64,000 bases of DNA from a virus (IMGVR_UViG_3300014204_000113:123989-187988), one strand, 5' to 3'. Counted from the first letter of the stretch, positions 38,842 through 48,564 are shown. Program-made: numbers and translations. The notes: generated by a model not told the origin, from the sequence alone.

Positions 38842-39108
38842 TTAAGTTAAATCCATCATTCTTAATAATTGCCTAAAATTAGCTTCATCAATATTATCAT
38901 GACAATATTTTTTCATCTTTTGTATAACAAATTCAAATAGGTCATTGGAATCAACATCCATTGAAATTGGATTTGGGGAATATTTTACGATAGTTACTTC
39001 TCCAGAAAAATCTCCATCGTGTTTAATCATCAACGTTTTGCCATGAAATGTTTTACCTTGATTTTTCATAAAATCCATAAATACTCCTATATCATTTTTA
39101 TAATTCAT
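38842..39108 (-). CDS. hypothetical protein
   Basis: operon packing. Confidence 0.55.
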   Translation of the reverse strand: MNYKNDIGVFMDFMKNQGKTFHGKTLMIKHDGDFSGEVTIVKYSPNPISMDVDSNDLFEFVIQKMKKYCHDNIDEANFRQLLRMMDLT

Positions 39109-39313
39109 TCAACCTATTTTTAGCCCATGTATGAAAATCAAGAAGTGGCATTTCGTCTATCATTCCATCATCAAACAATTGTCTTTCTTCAATATCTGTG
39201 CTCACCATCAAATCACTACCGCCTTTAGTCAAAGAGTACATTCTATTTATCTCTTTGATGGCTTCTCTGTAGATAGATTTAATAGTAACTGATTTGAATT
39301 GGATTATGGTCAT
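39098..39313 (-). CDS. hypothetical protein
   Basis: ATGA overlap with upstream gene. Confidence 0.55.
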   Translation of the reverse strand: MTIIQFKSVTIKSIYREAIKEINRMYSLTKGGSDLMVSTDIEERQLFDDGMIDEMPLLDFHTWAKNRLNEL

Positions 39314-39972
39314 ACTCCCACCAAAATACCACCTTTATGGTCAGTAACGGTCCCATCATTTAAAACAACTTTATAATTACCAAACAAATCATTATTAACA
39401 AAAATAAAATCTGGAATAGATTCACCAATCAACTTAAATCCATTATCCAGAATCATCTTAAAACAATTGTTATTTTTATCGAAATTAAAATCACCACCAA
39501 GGACTACAACACTATCTAGGGATTTAACAAAATCAAGTAGTTTATTTACTTGTGATTCTCTATCAGTTTGTGTTTTTGGTGAACTAGATAAATGTACATT
39601 CACATACCAAATATTATTTATCTTAGTTGCAATAACTCTTCTTCTAAAAGGAATTGGCAAAGCATCTAACCATTCTTTCTGTGGAATTTCAATATAACAA
39701 GAATTTGTTTCTGTTATTTCATTCTTAGATAATATTCCCAATCTCCATTCTTGAAAAAATAATACACCTAAATATGAACGTTGATAATTGTTAAAATTTA
39801 ATTTATTGGATAGATATGAAATTGTATTATATAACAAACAAGAACGAACACCTTCTTGCAACAAAAGTATGTCTACATTTTCTTGATTTACAAAATTTAT
39901 TATTTTATCTAGTCGTTCTTTTCTAGAATGACCAGATAAGTCTAAACAAAGATTCAAAGATAATATTTTCAT
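39310..39972 (-). CDS. endonuclease/exonuclease/phosphatase (EEP) family protein
   Basis: MKILSLN, D..LLQE, NVHL, GGDFN, D.IF, TDH. Confidence 0.85.
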   Translation of the reverse strand: MKILSLNLCLDLSGHSRKERLDKIINFVNQENVDILLLQEGVRSCLLYNTISYLSNKLNFNNYQRSYLGVLFFQEWRLGILSKNEITETNSCYIEIPQKEWLDALPIPFRRRVIATKINNIWYVNVHLSSSPKTQTDRESQVNKLLDFVKSLDSVVVLGGDFNFDKNNNCFKMILDNGFKLIGESIPDFIFVNNDLFGNYKVVLNDGTVTDHKGGILVGV

Positions 39973-40004
39973 ATTAGGCTCATTTTTAAAGATAAGTGGA
40001 AAGA

Positions 40005-40077
40005 ACGCAAGCGTCCAAAACACTTACGATATATCTTGTAGTGATTGATTAATCTTTTATGAAATGGACGCTTGCGT
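40005..40077. other. 13-bp inverted repeat with inner hairpin
   Basis: ACGCAAGCGTCCA/TGGACGCTTGCGT. Confidence 0.6.
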
Positions 40078-40140
40078 AATTTAATCATTTAAAATTCCAA
40101 AATGTAGTTATTTTACAATTTAATTATATTATTCTTTTTA

Positions 40141-41100
40141 TTAATCTTTCTGTGGTAAAATACAAAAATTATCCCCTCTTTTGTTTTGTAATCTTACATA
40201 ACCAGGATAATTTTTTCTTAATCGTTGGCGAAAAGCATTTACAGTTATTCCAACAAATTTAGCTGCTTCTATTGTACTTTCAAATATCATCCCATTCACT
40301 TCAACTGGAATTTTACTTTTATCCCCAATTTTTCTTTTAGTTTCTCCAGAAGGATGTTTGCCAAATAAATAATGTTTCTCACCAGAATTTAAACCTAAAT
40401 GTGACTCACTATTTTTTCTTCTTGATTCTTCTGAATGTTTCATGCCAAGGCATGGATGAACATTATTAGAATAAAACTCAATAAGAAATTCACTAATTTT
40501 CTTTTTTGTTTCTTCTGTATGACGACAGCCAAAAAATGGGTTCTTTTCACCAACTTGAACTCCTTTAAATCTATCGCTCACTATTTGTTTTTCTTCTGCG
40601 GAATAAATTCTCCCAAAATTGGGGTTCAATTCTCCTTTCCATCTTTCACTCAATTCTTTTTTATGTTCTTCTGTATGTTTCTTTCTTTTTTGAAATATTC
40701 TTAACCATTGTATAATTTCTTCTGTATGTCTATACCCAACACTGCCTTCACCACCATCAGTTAGGTTGGCAAGGCATCCCGTACCATTGTTTATTCTTCC
40801 ATATTTAGCAATCAATTTCTTTTCCAAAGCAAACGCTTCTTTTTCAATTAAATTGTCAAACAGTATAACTTCTTTGAAGTCTGAATTATTTTCCCAAAGT
40901 GTATGGATTATATTAATCTTAATATCTTTTCTTCCAGATTTATTTAAAAGTTTATTTGCTTCTTGTCTATGACGATACATTCTCCAATCACAACCTTTAC
41001 CAAAATAAAATGGTTGCCACAACCAAATATAGAATGGATCAGGATAATCTGGTCTTAATAAAACATAGACATAAAAACAATTCAAATCGGCAGTAGCCAT
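40141..41100 (-). CDS. GIY-YIG (LEM-3-like) endonuclease with NUMOD3-like repeats
   Basis: same N-terminal motifs as 36498 ORF; HTEETKKKIS repeats. Confidence 0.8.
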   Translation of the reverse strand: MATADLNCFYVYVLLRPDYPDPFYIWLWQPFYFGKGCDWRMYRHRQEANKLLNKSGRKDIKINIIHTLWENNSDFKEVILFDNLIEKEAFALEKKLIAKYGRINNGTGCLANLTDGGEGSVGYRHTEEIIQWLRIFQKRKKHTEEHKKELSERWKGELNPNFGRIYSAEEKQIVSDRFKGVQVGEKNPFFGCRHTEETKKKISEFLIEFYSNNVHPCLGMKHSEESRRKNSESHLGLNSGEKHYLFGKHPSGETKRKIGDKSKIPVEVNGMIFESTIEAAKFVGITVNAFRQRLRKNYPGYVRLQNKRGDNFCILPQKD

Positions 41101-41313
41101 AATCTGCTCCTTTCAATCACATCATCCTTGAAGTAGACAGACTGACCACTTAAACTATTCTTTAAAGTCTGTTGGTTCTTTGTGATTTGAATTTTATTTT
41201 TTATTTAATTTTTTACCTAGTTTTTTACTTCTCCTTTGACTTACCATCTAAAAGTCAGTATTTTTAAAGATGGTTGTTTTATTTTTACTTCCAAAAGAAG
41301 TTTGTTAACTAAC

Positions 41314-42093
41314 TCATAGTTCTTGATCTGCAACTATATTCTTGATTATCCCTTCATTATAATAAACTATTTCATTATTTTTACAAAATTCCATAATCTT
41401 ATTTGTAGTTTCCAAATAATACAGTTTATCTTCATTAGTTAGCTTTCCAAAATAATTCAATCCACCAAATACAATCTCATCTACAAAAACTATTTCATTT
41501 AATAAATTATTTATATCCCCAACCTTTAAATGTAGAGGCATATATGGAGTTATAGATACCCAAGTTTTATAACCATTTGCATGTATTTCATATAACCTAT
41601 TAATTCTATACATAGGATTGGTAACATATGGTTCATAAAATAAATTACTTTTGAGACTAGTTATTGTAATCCCATAAATACTTTCTTTATTATAGATATT
41701 TGCTTTAGGATATAACCCTTTAGTTAACACTCTACAATATCTATTACAGTTATGAATTATATTAATCAATTTGATATACATTTCGTCAAGATTAACAAGG
41801 TTCATAAAAGGGTCTGTCGTTTTACAAACAAAAATAACGTCTTTTTCTTTAGTTTTATTAATCAATTGTTCTTCTAATACAGAATATGGATCATTGAACC
41901 TCAATATTGGTATGGGCCACGCAAGGGCGTTATACCCATTCATATACTTAGAAGCATAAAATTTTGCATCACAGTATTTACAATCATAAGCACACCCAAC
42001 AACTGGTTCAAGGAACCATTGTGTTCTATCTGTGGGCATAGGAAATAATATATCCCCATCTAAATAATTATCCTCTATTACTATTTCTGGCAT
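41314..42093 (-). CDS. radical SAM protein (SplB-like)
   Basis: GCAYDCKYC, TDPF, LTKG, G.TIT, EP, TWVS. Confidence 0.8.
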   Translation of the reverse strand: MPEIVIEDNYLDGDILFPMPTDRTQWFLEPVVGCAYDCKYCDAKFYASKYMNGYNALAWPIPILRFNDPYSVLEEQLINKTKEKDVIFVCKTTDPFMNLVNLDEMYIKLINIIHNCNRYCRVLTKGLYPKANIYNKESIYGITITSLKSNLFYEPYVTNPMYRINRLYEIHANGYKTWVSITPYMPLHLKVGDINNLLNEIVFVDEIVFGGLNYFGKLTNEDKLYYLETTNKIMEFCKNNEIVYYNEGIIKNIVADQEL

Positions 42094-42094
42094 T

Positions 42095-42313
42095 TCAATA
42101 ATTACCACCCACAATATTTTCTGGCGTGTCCGGCCTTACATAATCTGGTGAACCATTCTCTAACCAGTAGGATATAGATTTAGTATGACTCTTATTCCAT
42201 GACTCTCCACAATTCGGACACCTTTCTTTATTTCTAACCCAATCTTTAATGGTAAATGTTAGACAACAATAACTACAAGTTCCTAAAAGTTCATCATCCA
42301 TAACTTTTTTCAT
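42095..42313 (-). CDS. small Zn-finger protein
   Basis: CSYC, CPNC. Confidence 0.55.
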   Translation of the reverse strand: MKKVMDDELLGTCSYCCLTFTIKDWVRNKERCPNCGESWNKSHTKSISYWLENGSPDYVRPDTPENIVGGNY

Positions 42314-42390
42314 AATAAACCCCTCTTTTATTTGGCTGCTACTATCTTCCCAAAAGAGGGATTAAGGGGCTTGCCATTTTATTTTTACTT

Positions 42391-42896
42391 TAAATCATCA
42401 TTTAAGACAAGTAGATAGAAAATTAATTGTTATTTATTTATTTTGTAGATGGAGGGCCAGCAGCACAAACCCATTTGTCTATGGTTTTTCCATCTTCACT
42501 CATAGCGTAAGCAATAACATCAATCCCAGCAATTGCATGAATAACTCCTTGTTTATCTGTCATCCATATCATAAGAAATTCCATTGGGGTTTCATCAGAA
42601 ATCTCAGAACCAAGAACATAGACAGAACTACCGCCTTCTAGTAATGGTTCAACAATTTTTCTGTATTCTTTCTCCCCATGAAAACGGTATTTTCTGATAT
42701 CCACAAAGGAACACTCAAATAGTCTATCGGTATGAGGAACAACCGTGTTTAACCATTCTCCTTTAGAATTAGAAATTCCCTCGCCATGCCGCACATAGCT
42801 GGAATCATCCATATGGTGTGATACAATTTTCAGATACATGGTATTTCTCCTATCTTTCTTCTATCTATCTATCTACTTGTCTTAAACAATGATTTA
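42391..42896 (-). repeat. 29-bp inverted repeat enclosing a whole ORF
   Basis: arms 42391-42419 and 42868-42896; 27/29 Watson-Crick, other two are G.U on the minus strand. Confidence 0.85.
42438..42839 (-). CDS. hypothetical protein
   Basis: AGGAG SD; ends AYAMSEDGKTIDKW. Confidence 0.7.
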   Translation of the reverse strand: MYLKIVSHHMDDSSYVRHGEGISNSKGEWLNTVVPHTDRLFECSFVDIRKYRFHGEKEYRKIVEPLLEGGSSVYVLGSEISDETPMEFLMIWMTDKQGVIHAIAGIDVIAYAMSEDGKTIDKWVCAAGPPSTK

Positions 42897-43082
42897 ATTA
42901 ACCTTTATCCCATACAATTCAGGATTCTTATCCTCAAATCTTTTCAATCTAACAAATGAATTTATAACTCTATTCAACATATCTCTTAATTCGTCCGCAT
43001 CAAATTCGTTATACAACTCTTCATCCATTTTAACTTCACAAAATATTCCTAGTTCATCAGTTTCAGCATCAAAGGCTAACAT
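42894..43082 (-). CDS. hypothetical protein
   Basis: GAGG SD. Confidence 0.55.
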   Translation of the reverse strand: MLAFDAETDELGIFCEVKMDEELYNEFDADELRDMLNRVINSFVRLKRFEDKNPELYGIKVN

Positions 43083-43094
43083 ATTTTATATCCT

Positions 43095-43430
43095 CTAGAA
43101 TTTAATAGACTTAATATATTCTGACATATCTGAAAAATAGGCTGGATGCTTCTCAACCTCCCATCCTTTTCTCTTAGCAGTATCAGCTAATATTTTTAAC
43201 GCTTCTTCAGATTTCCAGCATAACGGATTGCCGTCTGGCCCATTAATCCTTTCCCAACCTCTACTCTCCCAGCCGCATTCCTCTTCATTCTCTAACATCC
43301 TTGACACTTTTGTGAACACATAATTATCTGAACTATAAGCAAATTCACGAAGATAAAGAACACCTTGTTGCATCACTTCCTTCGACAAATGCAAAATTTC
43401 TACTGATTCTTCATTGTTGTTTTCTGTCAT
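43095..43430 (-). CDS. hypothetical protein
   Basis: AAGGAG SD. Confidence 0.65.
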   Translation of the reverse strand: MTENNNEESVEILHLSKEVMQQGVLYLREFAYSSDNYVFTKVSRMLENEEECGWESRGWERINGPDGNPLCWKSEEALKILADTAKRKGWEVEKHPAYFSDMSEYIKSIKF

Positions 43431-43530
43431 TATTTTCTCCTTTTCTCTTTATAGGAGGTTTTTTCTTTTTATTGTCATCTCTGTGTATCATTTTTGTCAA
43501 CAGAACTTCTAATGGAATTAGGTCTCCCAA
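43411..43530 (-). CDS. 39-aa ORF (MGDLIPLEVLLTKMIHRD...), gapped match to adjacent array
   Basis: GAGGAG SD, TTG start; below ORF-track cutoff. Confidence 0.5.
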   Translation of the reverse strand: MGDLIPLEVLLTKMIHRDDNKKKKPPIKRKGENNDRKQQ

Positions 43531-43554
43531 TTTTTTCTCCTCTAAAAATAAAAA

Positions 43555-43644
43555 ACCATACCCTAGCCTACCCTACCATACCTTACCGTACCAAACCAAA
43601 TCACACCTGACCATACCGGACCATACCAAACCTCACCCCACCAT
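43555..43644 (-). ncRNA. GGT-NN array (18 units); putative guide RNA
   Basis: 16 GGT plus GAT and GCT at exact 5-nt spacing on the minus strand, intergenic, followed by T-run. Confidence 0.8.
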
Positions 43645-43676
43645 ATTAGAAATTATTTATATTCTTTTATTTTTTC

Positions 43677-43874
43677 CTACTCATTTTCTACAATTAATCT
43701 GCCAGAAAAAACAAACACTGGTTCATAACTTTCAGCACAATCCAAACAGAAAAAAGTTATAGACAATTCCCTTAAAGAATCATCATCCATTTCAACTTCT
43801 GTATTTGGAGATACCCTATCGCTTCCACAATAAGGACACAATTCAGGACTACCTTTGATTTCTTTGCTATCCAT
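43677..43874 (-). CDS. small Zn-ribbon protein
   Basis: CPYC, CLDC. Confidence 0.6.
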   Translation of the reverse strand: MDSKEIKGSPELCPYCGSDRVSPNTEVEMDDDSLRELSITFFCLDCAESYEPVFVFSGRLIVENE

Positions 43875-43887
43875 TTTTAATTTCCTT

Positions 43888-44226
43888 TTACTTTTCCTTT
43901 TTAGTAACTTTAGTTTTTGGTTTGTCCAATTTTTTAATTTGTTTCTTTTCTATCTTTTTGGGTTTATCTGTTTTTGATTTAGAAGTATTTCCCATGTCTT
44001 TCTTCTTATCTTTCATAGCAAGATTAGATAAAGCATCATGTTCAACCTTCATATCTTCCATACGCTTTGCTTTGTCTTCTGCCATTTTTCCAGCCATCTT
44101 TTTAGCTGCTGCCATCCGCATTTGGTCGTTTTGAATCACAGAGGCATTAGCGATTGTTTCTGCGTCCATCTGTGCTTGCCAATCTGCTTCACTCATTGGT
44201 TTATCAACTACAGTATTCTTTGCCAT
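43888..44226 (-). CDS. Lys/Met-rich hypothetical protein
   Basis: GAGG SD; WQA..DA.T..A..I..D..R..AA. Confidence 0.65.
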   Translation of the reverse strand: MAKNTVVDKPMSEADWQAQMDAETIANASVIQNDQMRMAAAKKMAGKMAEDKAKRMEDMKVEHDALSNLAMKDKKKDMGNTSKSKTDKPKKIEKKQIKKLDKPKTKVTKKEK

Positions 44227-44254
44227 TTTTAATTCCTCTTTTATGTTTTATTAT

Positions 44255-44506
44255 TTATTTATGTTTTAAGAATGTAAATAAAAAATCTGGTGTACTGTTT
44301 ATAAGTTCTTCTAATTCATTTTCCCTCCAAGGGAAGTTTTGCATTTTTTGAAACAATTCAGATATTCCAAGTTCACTCAAAGCTCTATTAAAATTATGAT
44401 TAATATCTTTATTATCATAATTTTTTCCTTCAAACAGATACGTAATAGCTTTAGTTAATCTACGACAATCTCTAACATTAAGAATTAAACCTTTTATTTC
44501 TTCCAT
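44255..44506 (-). CDS. hypothetical protein
   Basis: GAGG SD. Confidence 0.55.
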   Translation of the reverse strand: MEEIKGLILNVRDCRRLTKAITYLFEGKNYDNKDINHNFNRALSELGISELFQKMQNFPWRENELEELINSTPDFLFTFLKHK

Positions 44507-44531
44507 AGTTTATTATCCTCTATCTTTTCAA

Positions 44532-46148
44532 CTATTTTCCTGGGCCTCTTTTGATCGAGAAGGGCGTTCCTACGCCAGCAGGTGACTTAGAAGTATCAGT
44601 AGCAACGCTCGTATATTTACTTAGATCAGGACTACCTATTGACATAGCACCACCAAGAAAATCTTCCTTATCAAACATTGCCATCACTTCTGCCCATTCC
44701 CAATCAGCATTTAAAATGCCTCTGCGTCTCAATTCTTCAAATACCAATTCTTTAGGCAGAATCTTAAATTGTGCAGCACGAAGCAATACTTCAGCATCCA
44801 TCGTCTGCATCCATCTAAAGTCAGTATTAACATCAACCGAACCACCAGAATTTTCACCAATATACTTAGAAGTAAACACAAGCAGTTGTTCAACAAAGTC
44901 TTTGAATTCCAACGCCCAACTTCTTAATGTGCTATCACTCTCACCAGATGACAATGCTCTTTCAGTAGCAGTCACATTACCAGTATTAGGCATAAGCAAT
45001 TGCAATCCAAACAAAGCCATTTTGGTTTCTAAATCAATCAATTGGGAGTGACCGGCATTGATAGCAGCGCCTTGATGTTCTACATATTTAAGTTCTGAAT
45101 CTGGATGGTCTGAATGAATCATTCTATTAGGACCAAGTTCTATTTCACCTAATTTATTTGGATCAGATAACTTCTTACCAAACAAGATAGGCAATCTTGT
45201 AAAATGCAAAATATTGGTTTGGTCAGAAGTTGACTGCCAGTGAGAAAGGTTAAGATAAGCTAAATCTTCCAAAGGTGGTTTAGCAGTCAATGCAGACAAT
45301 CTTTCTCCTGGCATAAACACAGCTAATGGTATCAAATCTTTAATTGAGTTTGTACCAGAATCTATTTTAACCCAATCGCTGTTATTTTTCTGTTTTGTTT
45401 TGTCTGGTTCTTCCCATACTTCATATTTTCCAGGTTCAAGTAATCTGATTCTATTAACTTCAACAGTATTATAAGAATTTTCTGGATCATCTTTTTCAAA
45501 CACTTCTTTAATTCTAAGTTGAGTAAAAACCTCTTTCCCATTTCTTCTTTCTGTTTTCCAACCTATAATTGACTCAGTAGGAATATGCACCCAATATGGA
45601 CGCAAACCTCTTTTATCTGCTTCAGCCTTGGTCATTGGTCCATCAGTAGGAGGATATTCAGCAAGACAAGTAGTGACGCCATCACTTATCCCTCTAGCAA
45701 AAACATCCGCAAGAAAAACATCAGCATTGTTGCCTCTCAAGTCCATATCTTCTATATAACCATCTTTATTTTTAGTTCCACGAATAACTTCTGGAATATC
45801 TTCTTTCCAAGTAATAGGTTTTGAAAATATTTGTCCAGTAAGATATGAAACGGTTCTCCCAAAACCATTGAATAGAATAGTTTTACTTAGTCTATTATTA
45901 TAATTTTCTGTGCTTTCTTTAGGTTCTTTAGGAAGATAAGTAGTGCCTGCTGCAAGCATCGCCTCAGTGCCACCAAGCAAAGTCCTAATCAAGTCTAATC
46001 TTGCTTGTTGTTGAACATAATTATTACAAGGCTTGGAAATATCACCTTTTGTACTAGCAGAAGAATCGCCTTTTACATCAATCTGAATCTTCTCCCCCGT
46101 AATGCTATCTAATAATACACGTCCTTTGTCGTCAATTGCTATTGCCAT
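44532..46148 (-). CDS. portal protein (DUF4055-like)
   Basis: GGT.AM..AG..YLP...E....Y..RL, RPYWV, PPL.DLA.LN..H.Q..SD..IL, TATE. Confidence 0.9.
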   Translation of the reverse strand: MAIAIDDKGRVLLDSITGEKIQIDVKGDSSASTKGDISKPCNNYVQQQARLDLIRTLLGGTEAMLAAGTTYLPKEPKESTENYNNRLSKTILFNGFGRTVSYLTGQIFSKPITWKEDIPEVIRGTKNKDGYIEDMDLRGNNADVFLADVFARGISDGVTTCLAEYPPTDGPMTKAEADKRGLRPYWVHIPTESIIGWKTERRNGKEVFTQLRIKEVFEKDDPENSYNTVEVNRIRLLEPGKYEVWEEPDKTKQKNNSDWVKIDSGTNSIKDLIPLAVFMPGERLSALTAKPPLEDLAYLNLSHWQSTSDQTNILHFTRLPILFGKKLSDPNKLGEIELGPNRMIHSDHPDSELKYVEHQGAAINAGHSQLIDLETKMALFGLQLLMPNTGNVTATERALSSGESDSTLRSWALEFKDFVEQLLVFTSKYIGENSGGSVDVNTDFRWMQTMDAEVLLRAAQFKILPKELVFEELRRRGILNADWEWAEVMAMFDKEDFLGGAMSIGSPDLSKYTSVATDTSKSPAGVGTPFSIKRGPGK

Positions 46149-46260
46149 TATTTATTCTCCTCTTGGTATTCTATTAGTGCTTCTTCATAAACATCTTTAA
46201 TCCAAGAGGCTATGAATAAAGCTGCTATTTCAGTGCCAATTATAAATAAAAAATTCATAG

Positions 46261-46491
46261 TTATAGCCTCATATCTACTATTTCTATATTTCTAATTTCA
46301 GAAGTCAATTTTAATTTTCCATCCCAATATAATGGATTTAAATTTTCCAAACCATCTGTTGGATATCTAATTAATTGCCCAGTCGAGTCATCTACTGCAA
46401 CTACTAAAGGAATTTTCTTCCCAGTTTTTCTATCAAATACTTTGCAATACCAAGTCAAATCATTTTGTTCTTCTCTAATGTCCAATCTCAT
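46261..46491 (-). CDS. hypothetical protein (paralog of 53478-53696)
   Basis: MRLD...IPLV..DD.TG..R...E.RNIE. Confidence 0.65.
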   Translation of the reverse strand: MRLDIREEQNDLTWYCKVFDRKTGKKIPLVVAVDDSTGQLIRYPTDGLENLNPLYWDGKLKLTSEIRNIEIVDMRL

Positions 46492-46673
46492 AATTTCTCC
46501 GTATCAACTAAAAATCTTTTTGCTTTAATTCTAGCTATTTTCAATTTTCCATTATCATTAGTAATAAACAAAACTTCATCTTCTGTTAAACTAGTTAGAG
46601 CATCCCAAGCCTCCAACTCTGATATATATTCCTCTTTAATATTTTTATGTTTTGAAAAGTCTATTACTTTCAT
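46488..46673 (-). CDS. hypothetical protein
   Basis: ATGA overlap with next gene. Confidence 0.55.
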   Translation of the reverse strand: MKVIDFSKHKNIKEEYISELEAWDALTSLTEDEVLFITNDNGKLKIARIKAKRFLVDTEKL

Positions 46674-46674
46674 A

Positions 46675-46956
46675 TCAAGAATTTTCTTTTAACCATTTCC
46701 AAACATACTTAACAATTTTAATTCTATTCCAAAAACCTTTCATATTATAAATTGAATAAATATGAAAATTATTTACTTCACAACTCAAATCTTTCCCATC
46801 ATAATCAGTCAACCCATAAAAAGAAGCCTCTTTATTGCTAATTGTATATTTATTATCATTCCACAAATCTATAGAAATAGCACACTCATTCTTAGATAAA
46901 GTTAAATTACCATCGCCATTAAAAATTAAAATATTTTGATTTTTAGAAACCTTCAT
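46675..46956 (-). CDS. hypothetical protein
   Basis: AAGGAG SD. Confidence 0.6.
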   Translation of the reverse strand: MKVSKNQNILIFNGDGNLTLSKNECAISIDLWNDNKYTISNKEASFYGLTDYDGKDLSCEVNNFHIYSIYNMKGFWNRIKIVKYVWKWLKENS

Positions 46957-46965
46957 AAATTCTCC

Positions 46966-47178
46966 TTATATCTCAAACTTCTTTCTAGGAATTTCATTTG
47001 TCCAAATAAACAAAGGTTGACCATTTTTCCATCTACACCACACTTCAATATCTTTCTTATCTTTTCTTATCTTTTCTACCATAAGCGTGAAGCAAAACAT
47101 TGGTATAATCAGGTTGATAATCCATTGTACCAGAATAAAGACTAACCCCAGAAATTTCAGACAAAACTTCCAAAGCAT
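46966..47178 (-). CDS. hypothetical membrane protein
   Basis: hydrophobic N-terminus; weak SD. Confidence 0.35.
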   Translation of the reverse strand: MLWKFCLKFLGLVFILVQWIINLIIPMFCFTLMVEKIRKDKKDIEVWCRWKNGQPLFIWTNEIPRKKFEI

Positions 47179-47223
47179 TTTGCGACATTGGAATAAGTAA
47201 GAATAAAAAGATGAGAAGATATT

Positions 47224-47736
47224 TCATTTCATTTCTCTTGGTTTTCCGCTATAAATCAACACCCAATCATCGCCAGCCATGCAATCATCATGCAACAAAT
47301 CCACGTTGATGCCCCACCAAGAACCTCTCGCCCTAGCACCAACCAAGAATTTAGCAACCAACTCAGAACAAACCGTTTTCTTCCAATGAAACCATTTGGC
47401 AATATGCGTCGCGAAAAGAAGAAGGCGAAAATACGGATAAATTTTTCCCAATTGATCGCCAACATTGAGACAACCTTGAGCAAAAGCTGGTTGTGTCATG
47501 TTCTTCCATCTAAAGATTATCACTTCGCTGCCAGGATGATCGGAAAACAAATTCAGACATTTGGTTTTCCATTCCGTGGTTTCAAAAGTGGTGCCATATT
47601 CATCCAAGATTATTCCAGAATGGGTATAATTCGATTTGCCGTCACCATTCCAAAGCGCTTGAAAGAAATTGATGAATCTGTCCAACCAACCAGTTCCCTC
47701 CAACAAGAATATGTCTCCGGGCTTAATGTTTACCAT
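47224..47736 (-). CDS. permuted papain-like (NlpC/P60, YiiX-like) protein
   Basis: PGDI, YTHSGI, G..Y, CSELV. Confidence 0.75.
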   Translation of the reverse strand: MVNIKPGDIFLLEGTGWLDRFINFFQALWNGDGKSNYTHSGIILDEYGTTFETTEWKTKCLNLFSDHPGSEVIIFRWKNMTQPAFAQGCLNVGDQLGKIYPYFRLLLFATHIAKWFHWKKTVCSELVAKFLVGARARGSWWGINVDLLHDDCMAGDDWVLIYSGKPREMK

Positions 47737-48048
47737 CTATCTCTCCATGGTCTCAATTTCTATTTGAAGGTCTTCTTCGCGAATCTTTTCTAATTCCTCC
47801 AATTCTTCATCAAACAATTTTCTCATGTGATCGTCTGCTTCAACAATAACTTCTTCTGGCAAGGTATTTGGTTTGCTAATTTTACCACCAGTGACATGAT
47901 CGTAAACCAGACTGACAGATGAAAGCAACCAATAATAATCAGACAATTCTCTAATCAATCTGTCTTTGTTTATAGTGCCATCTAAATTCTCAACCAAATC
48001 TTTCCAAAAGGTTTCATAGATTACTGTTGGGTCTTGTGTGTTGTACAT
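47737..48048 (-). CDS. hypothetical protein
   Basis: GGAG SD; VYDHVTGG.ISKP. Confidence 0.65.
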   Translation of the reverse strand: MYNTQDPTVIYETFWKDLVENLDGTINKDRLIRELSDYYWLLSSVSLVYDHVTGGKISKPNTLPEEVIVEADDHMRKLFDEELEELEKIREEDLQIEIETMER

Positions 48049-48052
48049 TTAA

Positions 48053-48406
48053 TTAGCTCCCATAGTCTATCGCTACTGGCTTTGCATCAAGCCAACCAAA
48101 CGAATTTGATTTATTTTCTGCTGGAATTCTATATTCTGGTTTTTCAACCAATTCTTCATAATCAAATTCATAATATTCGGTGTCTGTCAATTCAACCAAT
48201 TTTGGCATTACAACTAAAAAACCTCCAGGGAAAGAAAACAAAATTGGACAAATTCCTTCATAATAACCAGCTTTGGATATTTGTCTTTCTTGCATATTCG
48301 CCAAAAGACCACACAAAAACAACCTCCACTCTCCTAGATATGGTATTTTAATAGCATAATTCTTAGTTAAGAATACATATCTTGTGGCTCCTCTGGTAAA
48401 TTTCAT
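48053..48406 (-). CDS. hypothetical protein, possibly kinase-like fold
   Basis: G.TR.V, AIKIP, E, N.FG, IDYG. Confidence 0.55.
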   Translation of the reverse strand: MKFTRGATRYVFLTKNYAIKIPYLGEWRLFLCGLLANMQERQISKAGYYEGICPILFSFPGGFLVVMPKLVELTDTEYYEFDYEELVEKPEYRIPAENKSNSFGWLDAKPVAIDYGS

Positions 48407-48564
48407 TAATTAGTCCTTATGTTTTAAAGAAGTGATTTTCTTTCCTGTCTTTGGATCAACTATAATAGCATAAATCAAACCTTTGTCATAAATTTCAAAG
48501 AATTTTTCTTTAATCTTTTTCAATCTGTCAGAAAATGTTGCACAATGAAACATAGTCATTAATC

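Noticed and set aside
42391-42896. Invertible segment or IS element
   Set aside because: No recombinase or transposase seen, no target duplication, and the mismatches fit RNA wobble pairing.
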